This document shows, in pieces, positions 40,501-53,830 of a stretch of DNA of 64,000 nt. The notes below the pieces were generated by a model. That model ran no database searches. It saw nothing but the letters and a program-made list of their open reading frames with translations, and was not told the origin of the DNA. How positions within the stretch are numbered: position 1 is the stretch's first letter; each line of letters begins with the position of its first letter. The stretch is from Tubulanus polymorphus (lineage: Eukaryota > Animalia > Nemertea). Made by a program: the position numbers and the translations under genes. Location of the stretch: positions 682,001 through 746,000 of the forward strand of contig NC_134032.1 of assembly GCF_964204645.1 (NCBI RefSeq). The letters run 5' to 3'.

Positions 40501-42671
40501 CAAAGCTGCTTTATCCGAAAAATGCCTTTTCCTCTGGGCTACCAATTTTACCAGATCTGCCCCTGGGGTTGGTTCGGGACCAATAGGGCTAAGACCTAAG
40601 ATGAACGAATCTCTTAGTCTTACCTAAGCAGTTGGAAGCCTCGATTTGTGCTTGCAGGAACTGGCAGCAAACGTTCCTCAATCCGGACATGTTCAGCAAA
40701 CTGGCGCCTTGCAGCAACGCCTGCACGTTGCCGGTCGTGATCTCGACGACGCCGCAGTAAATAAAATCCAAAATCAGCCGCATCGTCGGCGACTCGATGC
40801 CGCGTATCGAGACGAGACTCTTCTCCGTTTCGAGCATTCCGTTCGTAAACATCGCGCGTAAATACGGGCTGCAGCCGGCGAGCACGATTTTATGCGCATT
40901 GAACCGGACGCCATCGACGCACAGCGTGATGTCGCAGAGTTCCTCGCGTTCACGCAGTTCGCGCATCACGTGGAACGCATTGTGCGTGTGATTGTCTAGA
41001 CTGACCAGCCGCGTCTCTTTCATGTTCCAAACTCTCTCGCGCGCCCCCGCGTCGTCTAATGTAGCACCATCCTTAAAAAAAAATAGGAATAATAATATCT
41101 TTTATCAAAAGGAAGGACTTAGAGTCAAAAAAGGAATAATAATATCTTTTATCAAAAGGAAGGACTTAGAGTCAAAAAAGGAATAATAATTTCATCAAAA
41201 GGAAGGACTTAAAGTCAAAAAAGGAATAATAATATCTTTTATCAAAAGGAAGGACTTAGAGTCAAAAAAGGAATAATAATATCTTTTATCAAAAGGAAGG
41301 ACTTAGAGTCAAAAAAGGAATAATAATATCTTTTATCAAAAGGAAGGACTTAGAGTCAAAAAAGAAGGACAAAGATGATGTTTGTGTAAACTTTTTCCAA
41401 AAGAATTTCTGACCCAGAAGGAAGGATTTTTTGACTGAGAAAGAAGTAATTCCCAGTAAAATGAGGACCCATAAGGAAGCATTTGAGCGATGCCTTCACC
41501 GAGACAAAGTGTTTTTCACTTCCAAACAAACTGTCGAATTCGCGACAAAATTGGGACCAAAAATACATAAAAATTGAATTCAGAAGGATTTTTTCAGGAA
41601 GCAAGGAAAGACTTATAGTCAAAAAGAAGGACAAAGACGATGTTAGCCCGGACTTTTTCCAAAAGAAGGACTCGGAAGGAACGCTGGAAACCTGGATAGA
41701 TTTCGAATCCCAAATCATCTTCTTTTTTGACTGTAAGGGTTCCTACCTGATGGCAGAGGGATTCAAACCTGATGGCATTGCTACTATACACTCAGCCACG
41801 GCACGAACCCCTGCCACTAGTAATAAATACCTTCTAGAGTCATATTTTACATATTTTTCCGGATATTTCGTTTAAAAAAATTTTGACTTCAAATACGTCA
41901 TCTCGGTTAGCAATAAAATTTCATTGAATTTGATTGATCGACGATCTCATCTCGGTAAATATAAAGTTATTTCTCTACAAAAATATCCGACAAAATATGT
42001 AAAATATGACTCCAGCAGGCATTTACTAATGATATGATTTCAAGTGTTAAAATCGATAAGGAATAAATGAATATGTTAGATTTCATGTCATCTCGGTAAA
42101 TTACGTCATCTCGGTGATAAGGATGACCGCAATAATCTACGTGTACGAGCATGCGTTCGAAAGATCTAGGGTCAGGATTTAGGTGAGGATATATGTAAAT
42201 AAACTTTCATCAAATCCCTGAGCGTACTACAATTACATGGATGACAAAAATGTACAATGAATTTGAGGGTCAAGAATCCCGCAATATTTTAGTCTTTTAT
42301 TCAAAAAAAAATTGATCATGTACAAGTTTGATCAGGAAATGCGCTTGATTGAAAATGAGAAACTTTTGCATTTGGATAAGATAACAGCACTGGTGGCCTA
42401 AAAAACTTAAAAATAAATACCCCCTCCTCTAGTCTAGTACCTAGCCGTCGTTCCACAAACAACTCGTTGTAGCCAGGTAGCCCGTTCGTTAACAACGACT
42501 GGTAGGTATTCAGACTACCCCTGGCTAGATCCTCTCCAGCACCCACCACCACTAGTAAATAAGCAAAAAAATTACGAAATTCCGACAGATTTTCGCAACT
42601 TAATGTCCATGAAATGTGTAGAACGAGAAGAGTCGCTATTTGAATCTAAAACTCACCACGGTAATTACCAT
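34509..42671 (-). CDS. Kelch-like protein (BTB-BACK-Kelch, Cul3 adaptor family), 7 exons: 42671-42657, 41071-40624, 39648-39140, 38059-37831, 37399-37259, 35800-35608, 34731-34509 (~585 aa)
   Basis: BTB (LCDITLCVDGVRFNAHKIVLAGCSPYLRAMFT), BACK (HFADVVRSDEFFQL...EEQIFEAAMSWI) and Kelch repeats (GG..Y..W). All GT-AG junctions are phase-compatible; total 1758 nt. The short first exon (MVITV|gtgagt) is the least certain. Confidence 0.9.
35981..37210. repeat. 109-bp intronic tandem satellite, ~11 copies
   Basis: Unit aattgaaaatgaactacaaacaccagacattagacattttatcagcacac...cacctgagacatt at 109-bp period. Confidence 0.95.
37438..37740. repeat. 39-bp tandem repeat (gagtcaaattaaacccacacaactgtggaactggatcca), ~8 copies
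   Basis: Direct reading; the same family occurs in reverse orientation at 52385-52785. Confidence 0.9.
38152..38372. mobile_element. MITE, same family as in the array spacers
   Basis: TIRs ggctaaaaa..tgataccttgtttctccgc / gcggagaaacaaggtatca..tttagcc. Confidence 0.75.
38575..39108. repeat. ~48-50-bp intronic tandem repeat, ~11 copies
   Basis: Unit ggatttcttttcttttagattcccagaattttccgaaactctgtttccct. Confidence 0.9.
41085..41363. repeat. 47-bp intronic tandem repeat, ~6 copies, abutting the Kelch exon-2 acceptor
   Basis: Unit aaaaaaggaataataatatcttttatcaaaaggaaggacttagagtc. Confidence 0.9.
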
Positions 42672-43587
42672 CAAAATAAACAAACAAATAAATAAACAAT
42701 TTTACTTCCGGGTTATCAATAAATTCTTCGCTTATTGAATTTTGATTGGTGAGAACTAAAACGCGAAGGCGGATTTTGGTAGTGATCGCTATAACGCGGC
42801 GCAGGTATTCGAACTTATATAAAATGTGGGAATTAAAGTCTTTATTAAGAAAAACTTTCGTGAGATAAAGCATTAATTATCGTTGATGGAATTAGCAATC
42901 ATATCTTTCACCCGCTACTGAGTAAAAGTAGAGTGTGTCGGATTTCGACTGTCTAGTGCTGCCCCTAAAAATAACGATAGCGGGAAAAACGTGAACTAAC
43001 ATGATACTCGCGTGCCAGACGCTTAGTACTGGACAAACTATTTTACCGATTCGCGGGCTAGACTGGTTACCAGACTTAAAATATGCTAGACTGAATTACA
43101 TATTGAACCAGGCCCGTGTGTCGAGCTTTTTTTGCGGGGCAGCTCTATTTCAAGAAAAAGGGCACTTTTCTTAATAAGAAAGGGCAGATCTTGAATATGA
43201 AGTGCGGCGGGTACCTGGCCGAATCATTGACTCTCTCCACGACTGAATAAATCATTTGAGAATGCATTTACTTTTACAAAAAAGCATGAAAATTGTATCC
43301 AAACTTCGAAAAATCTCGGCCCAAATTTTTTGACACTGATGAAGGGCACGACTTAGGGGGTTCGTTCGCTTCCCCCTAGAAATAAACTAGAAGAGAAGTT
43401 TCATCTGCAGAGACAAACATTTACTGGTTTTATTTCATAGAAAATATTATGCAAAAAATGACCATTAGGTATTCACATATATATATATATTCAGATAATA
43501 TGTTAAAGATATATCGGAACAAGAGAATTTTCAAATAAACCCACAACAATAAATAGAAGACAAAAGTTAAAATATTCCCTAAAATCC

Positions 43588-43696
43588 TGGACCGAGTTCC
43601 ACAGTTCTGAGTTAAGATTTGACTCGAGAGTTAAGTGAAAAATGAACTAACTTTAACCCAGAGTTAACTCTAACTCACGACTGTGGAACTGGGTCA
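43588..43696. mobile_element. Short MITE with termini (cc)agttccacagttgtgagtta / taactcacaactgtggaactgg; many relatives in the right half
   Basis: Inverted termini seen here and at ~46128-46510, ~55413-55495, ~57363-57462 and ~62637-62710. Confidence 0.65.
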
Positions 43697-44918
43697 TTAT
43701 AGATATCTAAACAACATGTACAGCAACCTGACTGATATTCTGATAGGGGGATCGCAGCAGTGTGGGGGAGGGGGTTAAAGGGGGATATGGGGGGACAAAA
43801 GCAGCAGGGCGGCAACAACAGCAGTAACCGAGAACGAATGATTATCAGTCAGTCAGTTGGGGACGGATGTTGAAATACTTTCAACACGATATTCTAATGC
43901 AGTTTGGAGTTTTTGCCTGCGTATACAAGGCACATATTAAGTACATTAGAAAGATCAAATACATGTACAGAGTAAAACCTTACTATACATGAACTACACT
44001 TAAACTTTCGACTCACTTGGCGGGACACACAAATTTCCTCGCGCCCATTTACACAAAAAGATTAAACTTGAAATTTTGCTGTAAGCCTACTATTTAGATT
44101 ACAGCATGTTTTCAGCGAGGATGCCAATTCAAACCTAACCGATCTAAGTTCTAATGTCTATTTATTAATGGATGAGACCTGTTTTTCTTGGATATTTTGC
44201 TTACTTTTTGGGGTACATACCTCATTTATGTCTTAACAGAATGCCAAAAGTCGCGGACAACAACTGAATATCCGATATATTTCCAGTTCTGTACCAATTA
44301 GATGGATTGGCAAAAAGACTCCTTAAGTCCAGTTGAATGAGAAAATCCTCCATTTTGTGAAATTTCTTGAATTTTTACATTGTCACCATGTATTAGTGGG
44401 ATAAACATACCCTTTCAGTGCGTCTACACCAAGGTGCGGTGTATAGATTAGTGATGGAATACATCGTGGTGCGATGTGTTGATGTTTATAGAAATTGATT
44501 TATATCTCTATTGAAAGATGGCAGCACCTGTCTCAAACATAGTGCAATACAGTCGAATTTGCTTAGTTCGGATCATTTAGGACCAACAAAGCTCATCCGG
44601 TTTACGGTAAATCCGCATTGGAAGTAATTTCTTTTATCATAAATGAACAAACGGGCTGCGAATATCGTCCGGATCAGATCCGGATAAAGCAGGTTTAACT
44701 GTATTAGTAATCAACAATACATCGCACTGCGGTGTAGACGAACTATAGCAGTGTGCCCGATATACATCGCATCGGGGTGAAATTTTTGAAAATTCCGTAA
44801 AAGGTGAAATTTTTTTTCCAAGCACCAGATCTCATTTCTAGTGAGATGAACGAAGTCAGACTGTTTTTTTTACGCGTGGTTCCAATTATTCCGACATCGG
44901 ATTCGACAAGAATTTTCA

Positions 44919-47900
44919 TCACATTTCCGTCGTGATGTTTCGTCCGTAAAGATCGGTGGCGTGCGGCGCGTACGATACCGGTATGTCCCCCTGGTGACCG
45001 TTTAGTTCATTATTATCGGGCGACGAGTACGGAGGGGGCGCCACGTGGCAGTCGTCGTCGCCGTCGTCTTCGAACGCGGCGTTGGCGAAATTCGTTGCGT
45101 TGTTTTCGTCGTCGCGATTTTTTGGGGATTTACGTTTTTTGTGTTTTCGCTGGCGTCGTTCGTAGTCTTCGACGTGCTCGATAGGTGGCAGCGTTTTTCG
45201 TCCGAGCGAATCAGGATTGTCGTTCATTTGCAGTTCGGCGAAGTCGCTGCAAAAAAAAAACAAGAGCAGAAATGAACATGAGTTGAACGCTCATCGATTA
45301 GGCAGGGGTAGAATTTGACAAAATCAAAATTCTCAATTTCGCTAAGCAAAATTATAACTAGTCAATGATGACCTTCTCATTGTCAATGTCAACCAATCAG
45401 TAAAATTATAATTCATTGTTTGAGTGGACTTTCTCTTTCTTAATAATATCCATTGAGACAGTAAAATTATGATTAGTTACTAATCACCATGTTCTCATTG
45501 TCAATGACTTCAACCATTCAGTAAAATTGTTATTAGTCACTGATGATGACCTTCTCATTGTCAATGACTTCAACCATTAAGTAAAATTTGAATTAGTTAC
45601 TGATGATGAACTTCTCAATGTCAATGACTTCAATGATTCAGTACAATTATAATTACATGTAGTTACAAATGGCGAACTTCTCATTCTCAATGACTCTAAT
45701 GGTAAAATTATGATTATTTGTTTATGTAGATTTTTCAAAGACTTCAACTATTCAGTAAAATTATAATTAGTTGCCAATGTCAACTTACTGATTCTCAATG
45801 ATTTCAATGGCAACTTTTGGTAAAATTCTTTACAAACAAACAAGTATAAGATTTGCAAATAAACATTGGAAATTCGATATAAATGACAAATTTGGTAAAT
45901 TCATTGATAGATTAATGAGCAGAAACAAAGATGCAATTGTGTCTTTATTTGGGAATGAATTTGTTTTTTAAGCTCAATCGTCAAAATATGCGCAGCGCCC
46001 CCTAGTGGACCAATCACTGAACTAAGATAGCAATATTTTTCAGCCTGTTTCGAAAAGAAGACATTTAGAATTAAAAGAACAAGATTTTTGAAAGTTACAA
46101 ATACCTTTAAAAATAAAGAAACAGTAGTCAGTTCCACGGTTGTGAGTTAGAATCAACTTAGCCAAAATTAGTTCATTTCAAAATGATTAATTTTTGGGGT
46201 AAAAAGAGTCCATTATCAATCATTTTCAATGAGTTACTTTTCAGTTAGGAAGAGTTCATCTTTAATGAGTTAATTTTAAGGTAAAATGAATTCATTTTCA
46301 ACGAGGTAAAAAGAATTCATTTTCAATGAGCTAATTCGGTTAAAAAGAGTTCATTTTTGATGAGTTCTTTTTCAGTTAAAAACAATTCATTTTCAACTAG
46401 TTAATTTTGAGTTTAAAAACGTTCATTTTTCAATGAGTTAATTTCGCGTTAAAAAGAATTCACTTCCAATAGAGTTAAAACTGTGGGAAACACAACTGCG
46501 GAACTGGATACAGGTTGTCGAGAATTAGAAAGACAAAATACACTGCACATAAACACATTCAGTGAAATATGGAAGTTAAACCACAAAATAACAATTCAAC
46601 ACAATAATGAAGCCTTGAACACCGTCCTCACCTACACACACACCAACTGTCTAGAGTTCAGTAGTAGCTGCCGATTTCCTGCGAAAATAAGAAACGTGTC
46701 AAAAACGTGAAAAAAAGAATCTAGTGAAAATGAGCGTTTATCGATATTTGATCATGCGCGTGTAGCTTTATTCGAGTGAAAAGGTGAAAAGAGAAAAAAG
46801 AAAACAGCGGTTAATTGTTAACGAAACTCCATTAGAGAATATTGAGCATTTTGATAGATAAAGTCAAACTAGCTTAAGTCGTCACATTACTGAAGTCATC
46901 TCTATTTTTGAGTCTCTTTATTCATTTCTAATTCAATTCACTAAGTCTAAGCTTAAGTCATCATTTGGATAAGTCATCACAGTTGATTTGAGTCGCAATT
47001 TGTATTTCTAATTCAATTTACTAAGTGTAAGTCATCATTTGGATAAGTCGTCACTTTACTGAAGTCATCTGCATTCATATTTCTATTCAATCAACTAAAT
47101 CTAAGTCGTCATTTAGATAAGTCATCAACACAATCACAACTATGACAACGACTTAAGCGAGTTTCTCCGTCATGCGACATGCATATATGAAAGATAAGTC
47201 AAAGTCATGAGTATGATAGATGGTCCAGGTCGTGAATCAGTTGCACAAAATATCATTGCAGTCGATTGCAGCAATCTTAGCCCTCATTCGCGACTTAACC
47301 CTTTCAGTGCCGAAAGACAACATCGATACACCCTATTGCGGTGTACTAGTTAAGTTAAACGCCAGTTTATACATCACACTGTGGTGTACACGTATTGAAA
47401 GGTTTAATCCTAAAACTCTTTCAGTGCTGACTAATTAATACCCTAAAGTGCTGGAGATAATTTGAAGATTTTTTTAAAATTCCACCCCAAAACGGTGTAT
47501 ATTGGGTTTACTGCTATATTTCATCTACACCACAGTGCGGTGTATCATTAGTTACTAATAATTCACTTAAGTTTGACAGGTGCTGCCATCTTTCATTAGA
47601 GATTAAAACTGATAACTTATAATGCCAATACACATCAATGCAGTGTACTAGTGAAGTTAGACACATTTTTACATCGCACTGCGGTGAAAAGTTTAATCCT
47701 AAAACCCTTCAGTGCGGGGTACAGATCAGTGATGGACCCAGCTAGTACACCATATCACAATGTATTGTCATAATTTCAATCGAAAGATGGCAGCAACTAC
47801 TGTCAAACGTAGTGAAATATTAGTAACTAATGATACATCGCACCGCCATGTAGACGCACTGAAAGGGTCGTTCCCGCCACAAGGTGTGGATTGTATTTGG

Positions 47901-50900
47901 TGCAACCCGTCGTGAAGATAGTTTAGTTTTCATACCCGGCGCCCGATTCCGAGTTCAAGTAATTATCAGCTTCTGTTTCGACGATGCCGTTCATATCTAA
48001 TCCGCCGTTATCCGTCGAGTAGTCGGGCGGCGGCGGCGAGTCGGTCCGTTCCGCTCCGTCTGCCGTACCGACCACAACTATGCCGACGCCATCTACCGCG
48101 TCGACTTCAACGCCGTCTATACCGTTCGGTTGGTTCGTAGCGCCGGTCTCGTCGGGCTTATCGTCGGCGGTGAGCGCCATCTTATTGAACGACTCGCGAC
48201 TCGAAGAATTCCAACGACTAATTTTTCGAAAAAATAAATCGGTGATTTTTAATAAATCAAGTATACGTACGTAATGTTGAAAACTGGTGGAGGAGGGCGG
48301 CTCCAGTTCCGCAGAACTGGATCCACGGTTTAATAAATCTAAGCAATTCGGTGAACAAATCAAGACACAGTTTTTTAAGCGACATCGAAAACTATTGTTC
48401 TACATCATTCCACATCTACAGTAGAAACCACTTAGGCCAAAACAAATGAATACCTCGTTTCTCGTAATCGGTCGGTTCATTTTTGAAAACTGCTATAAAA
48501 TTCGCAATCAGTTTGTTTCTATAGCTGCCGGGTCTGTTATTGTTAGCTTGATCATAATTTCATAAAAAGTAATGTACAGGGTAAATAGGCGACTGGTCGG
48601 GGCAACTCAGCAGAGATGAGAAACAAGGTTTCAATTTTTTCTAGCCTAAGATCGGATCATTTTGGGAACAATGAAATTCGTCTGGTTTATCAGAAATCCG
48701 AAATAAACATCATCTCTTTCATATGTTTATGTATAGATGCATAATTATGAGTTAGAGTTAACTGTGAACTCAGGCACCAGTTCCACAGTTGTGTGTTCGA
48801 GTTAACTGTGAATTCAGGCTCCAGTTCCACAGTTGACAACTTAGGAGTTAACTGTGAATTCAGGCTCCAGTTCCACAGTTGACAACTTAGGAGTTAACTG
48901 TGAATTCAGGCTCCAGTTCCACAGTTGACAACTTAGGAGTTAACTGTGAATTCAGGCTCCAGTTCCACAGTTGACAACTTAGGAGTTAACTGTGAATTCA
49001 GGCTCCAGTTCCACAGTTGACAACTTAGGAGTTAACTGTGAATTCAGGCTCCAGTTCCACAGTTGACAACTTAAGAGTTAACTCTGAACTCAGGATCCAG
49101 TTCCACAGTTGTGTGTTAGAGTTAACTCTGAACTCAGGATCCAGTAGAAATCAGTTCATTTTCAATGAGTCAAATCCTAACTCAAAATTGCCGAATTGGA
49201 CCCGTTCTTTTTTCTGTATTCGGAATCCTGATAAACCTGATCTGAATTAGCGATTAACAAAGCCATGCATTAAAAAAATTGCGATGAAAAATTCGGCAAA
49301 CATTATTCATGCCTTCGGAAATTCGCTAGTTCTCCCCAAAAAAAAACTTACGCAGGTTTATCGGTCTCGTTTTCTAGGATATGATTAGGAGTCTCCTCGG
49401 GAGACGGTCCGACCTTCGTCTTGTTGTTCTTCGCCTGTGTTTCCAATTTGCGATCGTGTTGTTTTTGGATTCGTTGCTGGCGTTTTTCTTCCTTTTCTTT
49501 GCGTTTGCTGCAAACGGAAAATGAGAATTAGGTTTAAACATCAAAATGTGCCGTATTCCTGAAGTGTTTCATCAATGGTTATAATGAGGACAACATCAGT
49601 ATTCCTGAAGATGACTATTAGGATATAGTGGAAACGTTGAATAAACTACACTAGCTCAAGGAAACATTTCAGACTCTTTTTATTCTTAGTGTGCAGGGAT
49701 TTTATATTATCTTTACAACACGGACTCAGAGTGTTTCATCAATGGTTATAATGAGGACAACATGAGTATTCCTGAAGATGACTATTAGGATATAGTCGAA
49801 ACGTTGAAATAAACTACTATCTCGAAGTTTCATTTTCGGACTTTTTATTATCATTGTGGGATTCTCTCCTCATCGCGTCAACACGGATATTGTGTTCTAC
49901 CTATCGTGACCTGTTAGTAAAATCGCTTGTTAGGGGTTCAGCAACGGTCTGGTTCTCTTTGACAAATGCTATAAACACAACACGAGGAACTGCAGTCGCT
50001 CAATAGTTGGCTAAATAGTTGACCGGTTCGACAAACCCTTTCAGTGCTTCTACACCACAGTGCGGTGTATCGATCAGTGATGGAATTTGCTAGTACATCG
50101 CACTGTGGTGTATTGATGTTACCAGTAATTAGTTTTTATCTCTTTTGAAAGATGGCAGCACCTATCAAACACAGTGAAATATTAGTAAATAATGATTAAC
50201 GATACACCGGACTGTGGTGTAGATGCACTTTGGCGGTTTGTCTGTTATACACCGCACTGGGGTGGAATTTCTAAAGATTTTCCAATAATCTCCAGCACTT
50301 TCGTGTATCAATTAGTCAGCACTGAAAGGGGTCAAATAATCACTTATCAACCTGTTTACTTAAACCGACTTTTGAGCAACAGCAGCCTCTCATTTCTTCC
50401 GGGTAAACACATTGAATCAATGACAGTGACTTTGTTTCTTACTGATAAAATGACGTGAACTACTGAACAGCGTGAAGATCCATTTCGGTGACAATTTACT
50501 AAAGCAACTCGACTCGACTTAAACGCGTAACTGCTGAAGACAAATATAGTAACACGCGCCACAGAGCTGACAAAACTATGACAGTGTCCCTACGGATTGG
50601 TCTTTCCAGAATATAAGGAGTTTTAAAGGAGAACATTTCAAATTTTGAGGAAGCGTCTGCATCCCAATTACTGTAGACTCCTCCTAAATCGGTACTGTTT
50701 ATCTCAGTAAACCATTGATTCAGTGGTTTTGTAAGAAAATTGTCATCCTCTACACCAACTAAAATAGGTTTCTAATTCGGTAACCGCCTAATTGGGTAAA
50801 CATAATTTCCTGGTCCAAACTGGAACCGATTTAGTTGTTGTTTAATGTACAACTTCAAACTAGACAAAAACTTTCTAATCGCTTATTTCTCAAATTTGAA

Positions 50901-51825
50901 GGAATTCTTTCTTCGAAAAGGAGTTTCTGACATTTTGCTCAAATCAAAGGAGCTTCAAGCGCGTTTAAAAAGAACTGTCCGTTTTGAAGTAGTTTTTGAA
51001 GGATTTAAGGAGTCGTAGGGAGACCCGTAGTTACTGTCAGCCGCGCGCAGCGAGTTACCTCATTGTGACCTCCACGTGAACGAACAAATTGTGAAAGACA
51101 AAAAAGATGCAGTGACTCGACACAAGGTGGCAGCACCGTGCGTATTTACCGTTCCAATTTCAGCCTGCGTCTGCGTTTTTTTAATTCGTCTTTCTCAGTC
51201 GAGTGTCTACAGTACGCGTGAAGAAAATACATGTCTTCATTTGAACCCGGTTCATGGCTACAGTTTAACCCAGTTCTTTCGCTACATTCAAAACCGGAGT
51301 TTTTAGCTATATTCAATCCCATTTTTTATTTATACTTGACGCCCCTTTACGGCCTATTTTTACCCCAGAAATTTTTGAAGCAATTCAAAAGAAATTCAAT
51401 ATTTCTTAAATTCAAATCATTAAAACTATGCATAGGTCTCAGGTCAATTGTTCTTTTTTGATAAGTACCTGCTGGTATTTCAAACACCTTGGCCCGGTTT
51501 AATAGACTGGTATTATCTTTAGCCGGCGTGCTAACACTCAATTCATTTTCAATTAAGTTAGCCCGGTTAGGATAATGCCAGTCCATAAAACCGGGCCCTG
51601 AAACCTTTTCTCCGCCCTCTGCCCCGGGACGACTCTCTCCCGTACGACGTACCTGTAACATTCCAATCCGACCGTGATGCAAATTATAATCAACAACACG
51701 ACGAACGAAATCGGAATCATGACGACGTTCATTTGTCGATCGGGCGATTTGTAGTATTCGTCGAGTCCGATCTGCACGACGTCGAACCCTAAATCACGGT
51801 TAATATCCGGCCGCGAAGTGTTCAT
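44919..51825 (-). CDS. Uncharacterised single-pass membrane protein; exons 51825-51653, 49507-49352, 48217-47936, 45246-44919 (~312 aa)
   Basis: All junctions are GT-AG and phase 2. A hydrophobic segment VVMIPISFVVLLIIICITVGL is followed by basic KRKEKEEKR. The tail contains PPDY and PPPY and ends in TTEM. An upstream ATG G|gtaag micro-exon at 53858-53855 would fit the phase. Confidence 0.65.
48756..49145. repeat. 46-bp tandem repeat derived from the ccagttccacagttg MITE end, ~8 copies
   Basis: Unit ttaggagttaactgtgaattcaggctccagttccacagttgacaac. Confidence 0.9.
49553..49830 (+). ncRNA. 167-nt tandem repeat carrying minimal type I hammerhead ribozyme motifs (Penelope-like pLTR / retrozyme remnant); best-preserved core 49767-49811
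   Basis: tattc-CTGAAGA-t-gactat(taggat)atagtc-GAAAC-GTT-gaa(a)ta: stem I tattc/gaata, stem II gactat/atagtc, palindromic ACGT stem III. Cores at 49605 and 49772 are 167 nt apart. Confidence 0.6.
50036..50330. mobile_element. MITE with CCCTTTCAGTGC...GCACTGAAAGGG termini (piggyBac-like ends)
   Basis: 13-bp TIR here. Relatives at ~44410, 47299-47867 (left end preceded by TTAA) and ~60750-61430. Confidence 0.6.
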
Positions 51826-52384
51826 TATATCTGCAACGAAAAATATATATATATATATATGTAACGATTGCGAGACAGTGAAAATTACGCACGCGCTCAC
51901 CGGGGATCGGGGTAATGAAGAAGTAAAAATGGACCGCAAGGGGCATCGAGTATAAATAAAAAATGGGATTGAATATAGCTAAAAACTCCTAGTAGACGCT
52001 TAGTTGAATTTTAATTATTTTTGGGGCCGAAGTTGGCGCAAAAAACGTGAAACTTGGACTTAAAAATGGAGGTCGTCTGCATCCTCTGGTGTCGCTCACT
52101 GACCAGGGATTGAACCTGGGTCTCGTACGTAGAAAACAAATGTGTAATCCAGTAGACAAATAGAACTAGTCCATGTACTACGTCTATACAGCTTGTAGCG
52201 TAACATATGAAAGATCACTTTTTTACCAAATAAATGTTTACTTTGGGTCCTAAGTTACACAATATGTTGACGTATTAACTACTCTAAACCCTAACCCTTT
52301 AGCACGATATCTTTTTACTATATATACATATTTATTTCTCTTTAAACATTTATTTGGATAAAGTTCCACAGCAAACAAGATCTC

Positions 52385-52785
52385 TGGACCAGTTCCACAG
52401 TTGTGTGGGTTTAAGCAGGATGCAGTTCAAACAGTTGGTGTGGGTTTAATTTGACTCTGAATCCAGTTCCACAGTTGTGTGGGTTTAATTTGACTCTGAA
52501 TCCAGTTCCACAGTTGTGTGGGTTTAATTTAACTCAGGATCCAGTTCCACAGTTGTGTGGCTTTAATTTGACTCTGAATACAGTTCCACAGTTATGTGGG
52601 TTCAATTTGACTCTGGATCCAGTTCCACAGTTGTGTGGGTTTAATTTGACACTAGATCCAGTTCCACAGTTGTGTGGGTTTAATTTAACTCAGGATCCAG
52701 TTCAAACAGTTGTGTGGGTTTAATTTGACTCTGAATACAGTTCCACAGTTATGTGGGTTCAATTTGACACTAGATTCAGTTCCAC
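52385..52785. repeat. 39-bp tandem repeat (reverse complement of the 37438-37740 family), ~10 copies
   Basis: Unit ccagttccacagttgtgtgggtttaatttgactctgaat. Confidence 0.9.
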
Positions 52786-52833
52786 ATTACAATGCTATCC
52801 CATTATCACTAGGGCTTGTGTGGCCAGTTTGTT

Positions 52834-53255
52834 TATATCAGTTGACCAGCTGCAGCCAATCAGAAGCTAGGGTTAGGGTTAGTGGTCATGTGCTTGGGGC
52901 TATTTGCATATATCAGGTGACCAGCTCCAGCCAATCAGAAGCTAGGGTTAGGGTTAGTGACCATGTGCTTGGAGCTATTTGCATATATCAGGTGACCAGC
53001 TGCAGCCAATCAGAAGCTAGGGTTAGGGTTAGTGGTCATGTGCTCGGGGCTATTTGCATATATCAGGTGACCAGCTCAAGCCAATCACAAGCTAGGGTTA
53101 GGGTAAGTGGTCATGTGCTTGGGACTATTTGCATATATCAGGTGACCAGCTCCAGCCAATCAGAAGCAAGGGTTAGGGTTAGTGGTCATGTGCTTGGGGC
53201 TATTTGCATATATCAGGTGACCAGCTCCAGCCAATCAGAAGCTAGGGTTAGGGTT
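52834..53255. repeat. 75-bp tandem repeat, ~5.5 copies, containing CCAAT, ATTTGCAT and TAGGGTTAGGGTTAG
   Basis: Direct reading; 25-aa periodicity in the spurious ORF 52710-53300. Confidence 0.9.
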
Positions 53256-53509
53256 ATAACTGTTTCTAGGTGGGAGGAGGTGTATGTTTACATACAGTGA
53301 GATCAGTTCATTGACAGCCGACTCATGATACATCCGACAACCAGAATAAATAGAAATCAACAAACTGAATTGAATATTCATAGGTGAAGTCAAATTTGTT
53401 TTGAAAATAACTCATAGTTTCTTTTGAATGTAATAGTCGACTGGATCATATTAATAACTAATTAGTCTCTTTGTTCTAGGTTGTTTAAATATATCTCATA
53501 ATTTCATTA

Positions 53510-53830
53510 CAACATCAGTATTCCTGAAGATGACTATTAGGATATAGTCTAAACGTTGAATAAACTAAACTAGCTCAAGGAAACAGTTCAGACTCTTTTT
53601 ATTCTTAGTGTGCAGGGATTTTATATTATCTTTACAACACGGACTCAGAGTGTTTCATCAATGGTTATAATGAGGACAACATCAGTATTCCTGAAGATGA
53701 CTATTGGGATATAGTCTAAACGTTGAATAAACTAAACTAGCTCAAGGAATACAGTATTCCTGAAGATGACCATTATTAGGATAGGCCTATAGTGGAAACG
53801 TTGAATTAAGTACAAGCGTCAAGGAAACAT
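53510..53830 (+). ncRNA. Second cluster of the 167-nt hammerhead-type repeat (degenerate cores at 53524, 53691, 53760)
   Basis: Near-identical to the 49553-49830 monomer; two cores have GAAAC changed to TAAAC. Confidence 0.5.
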
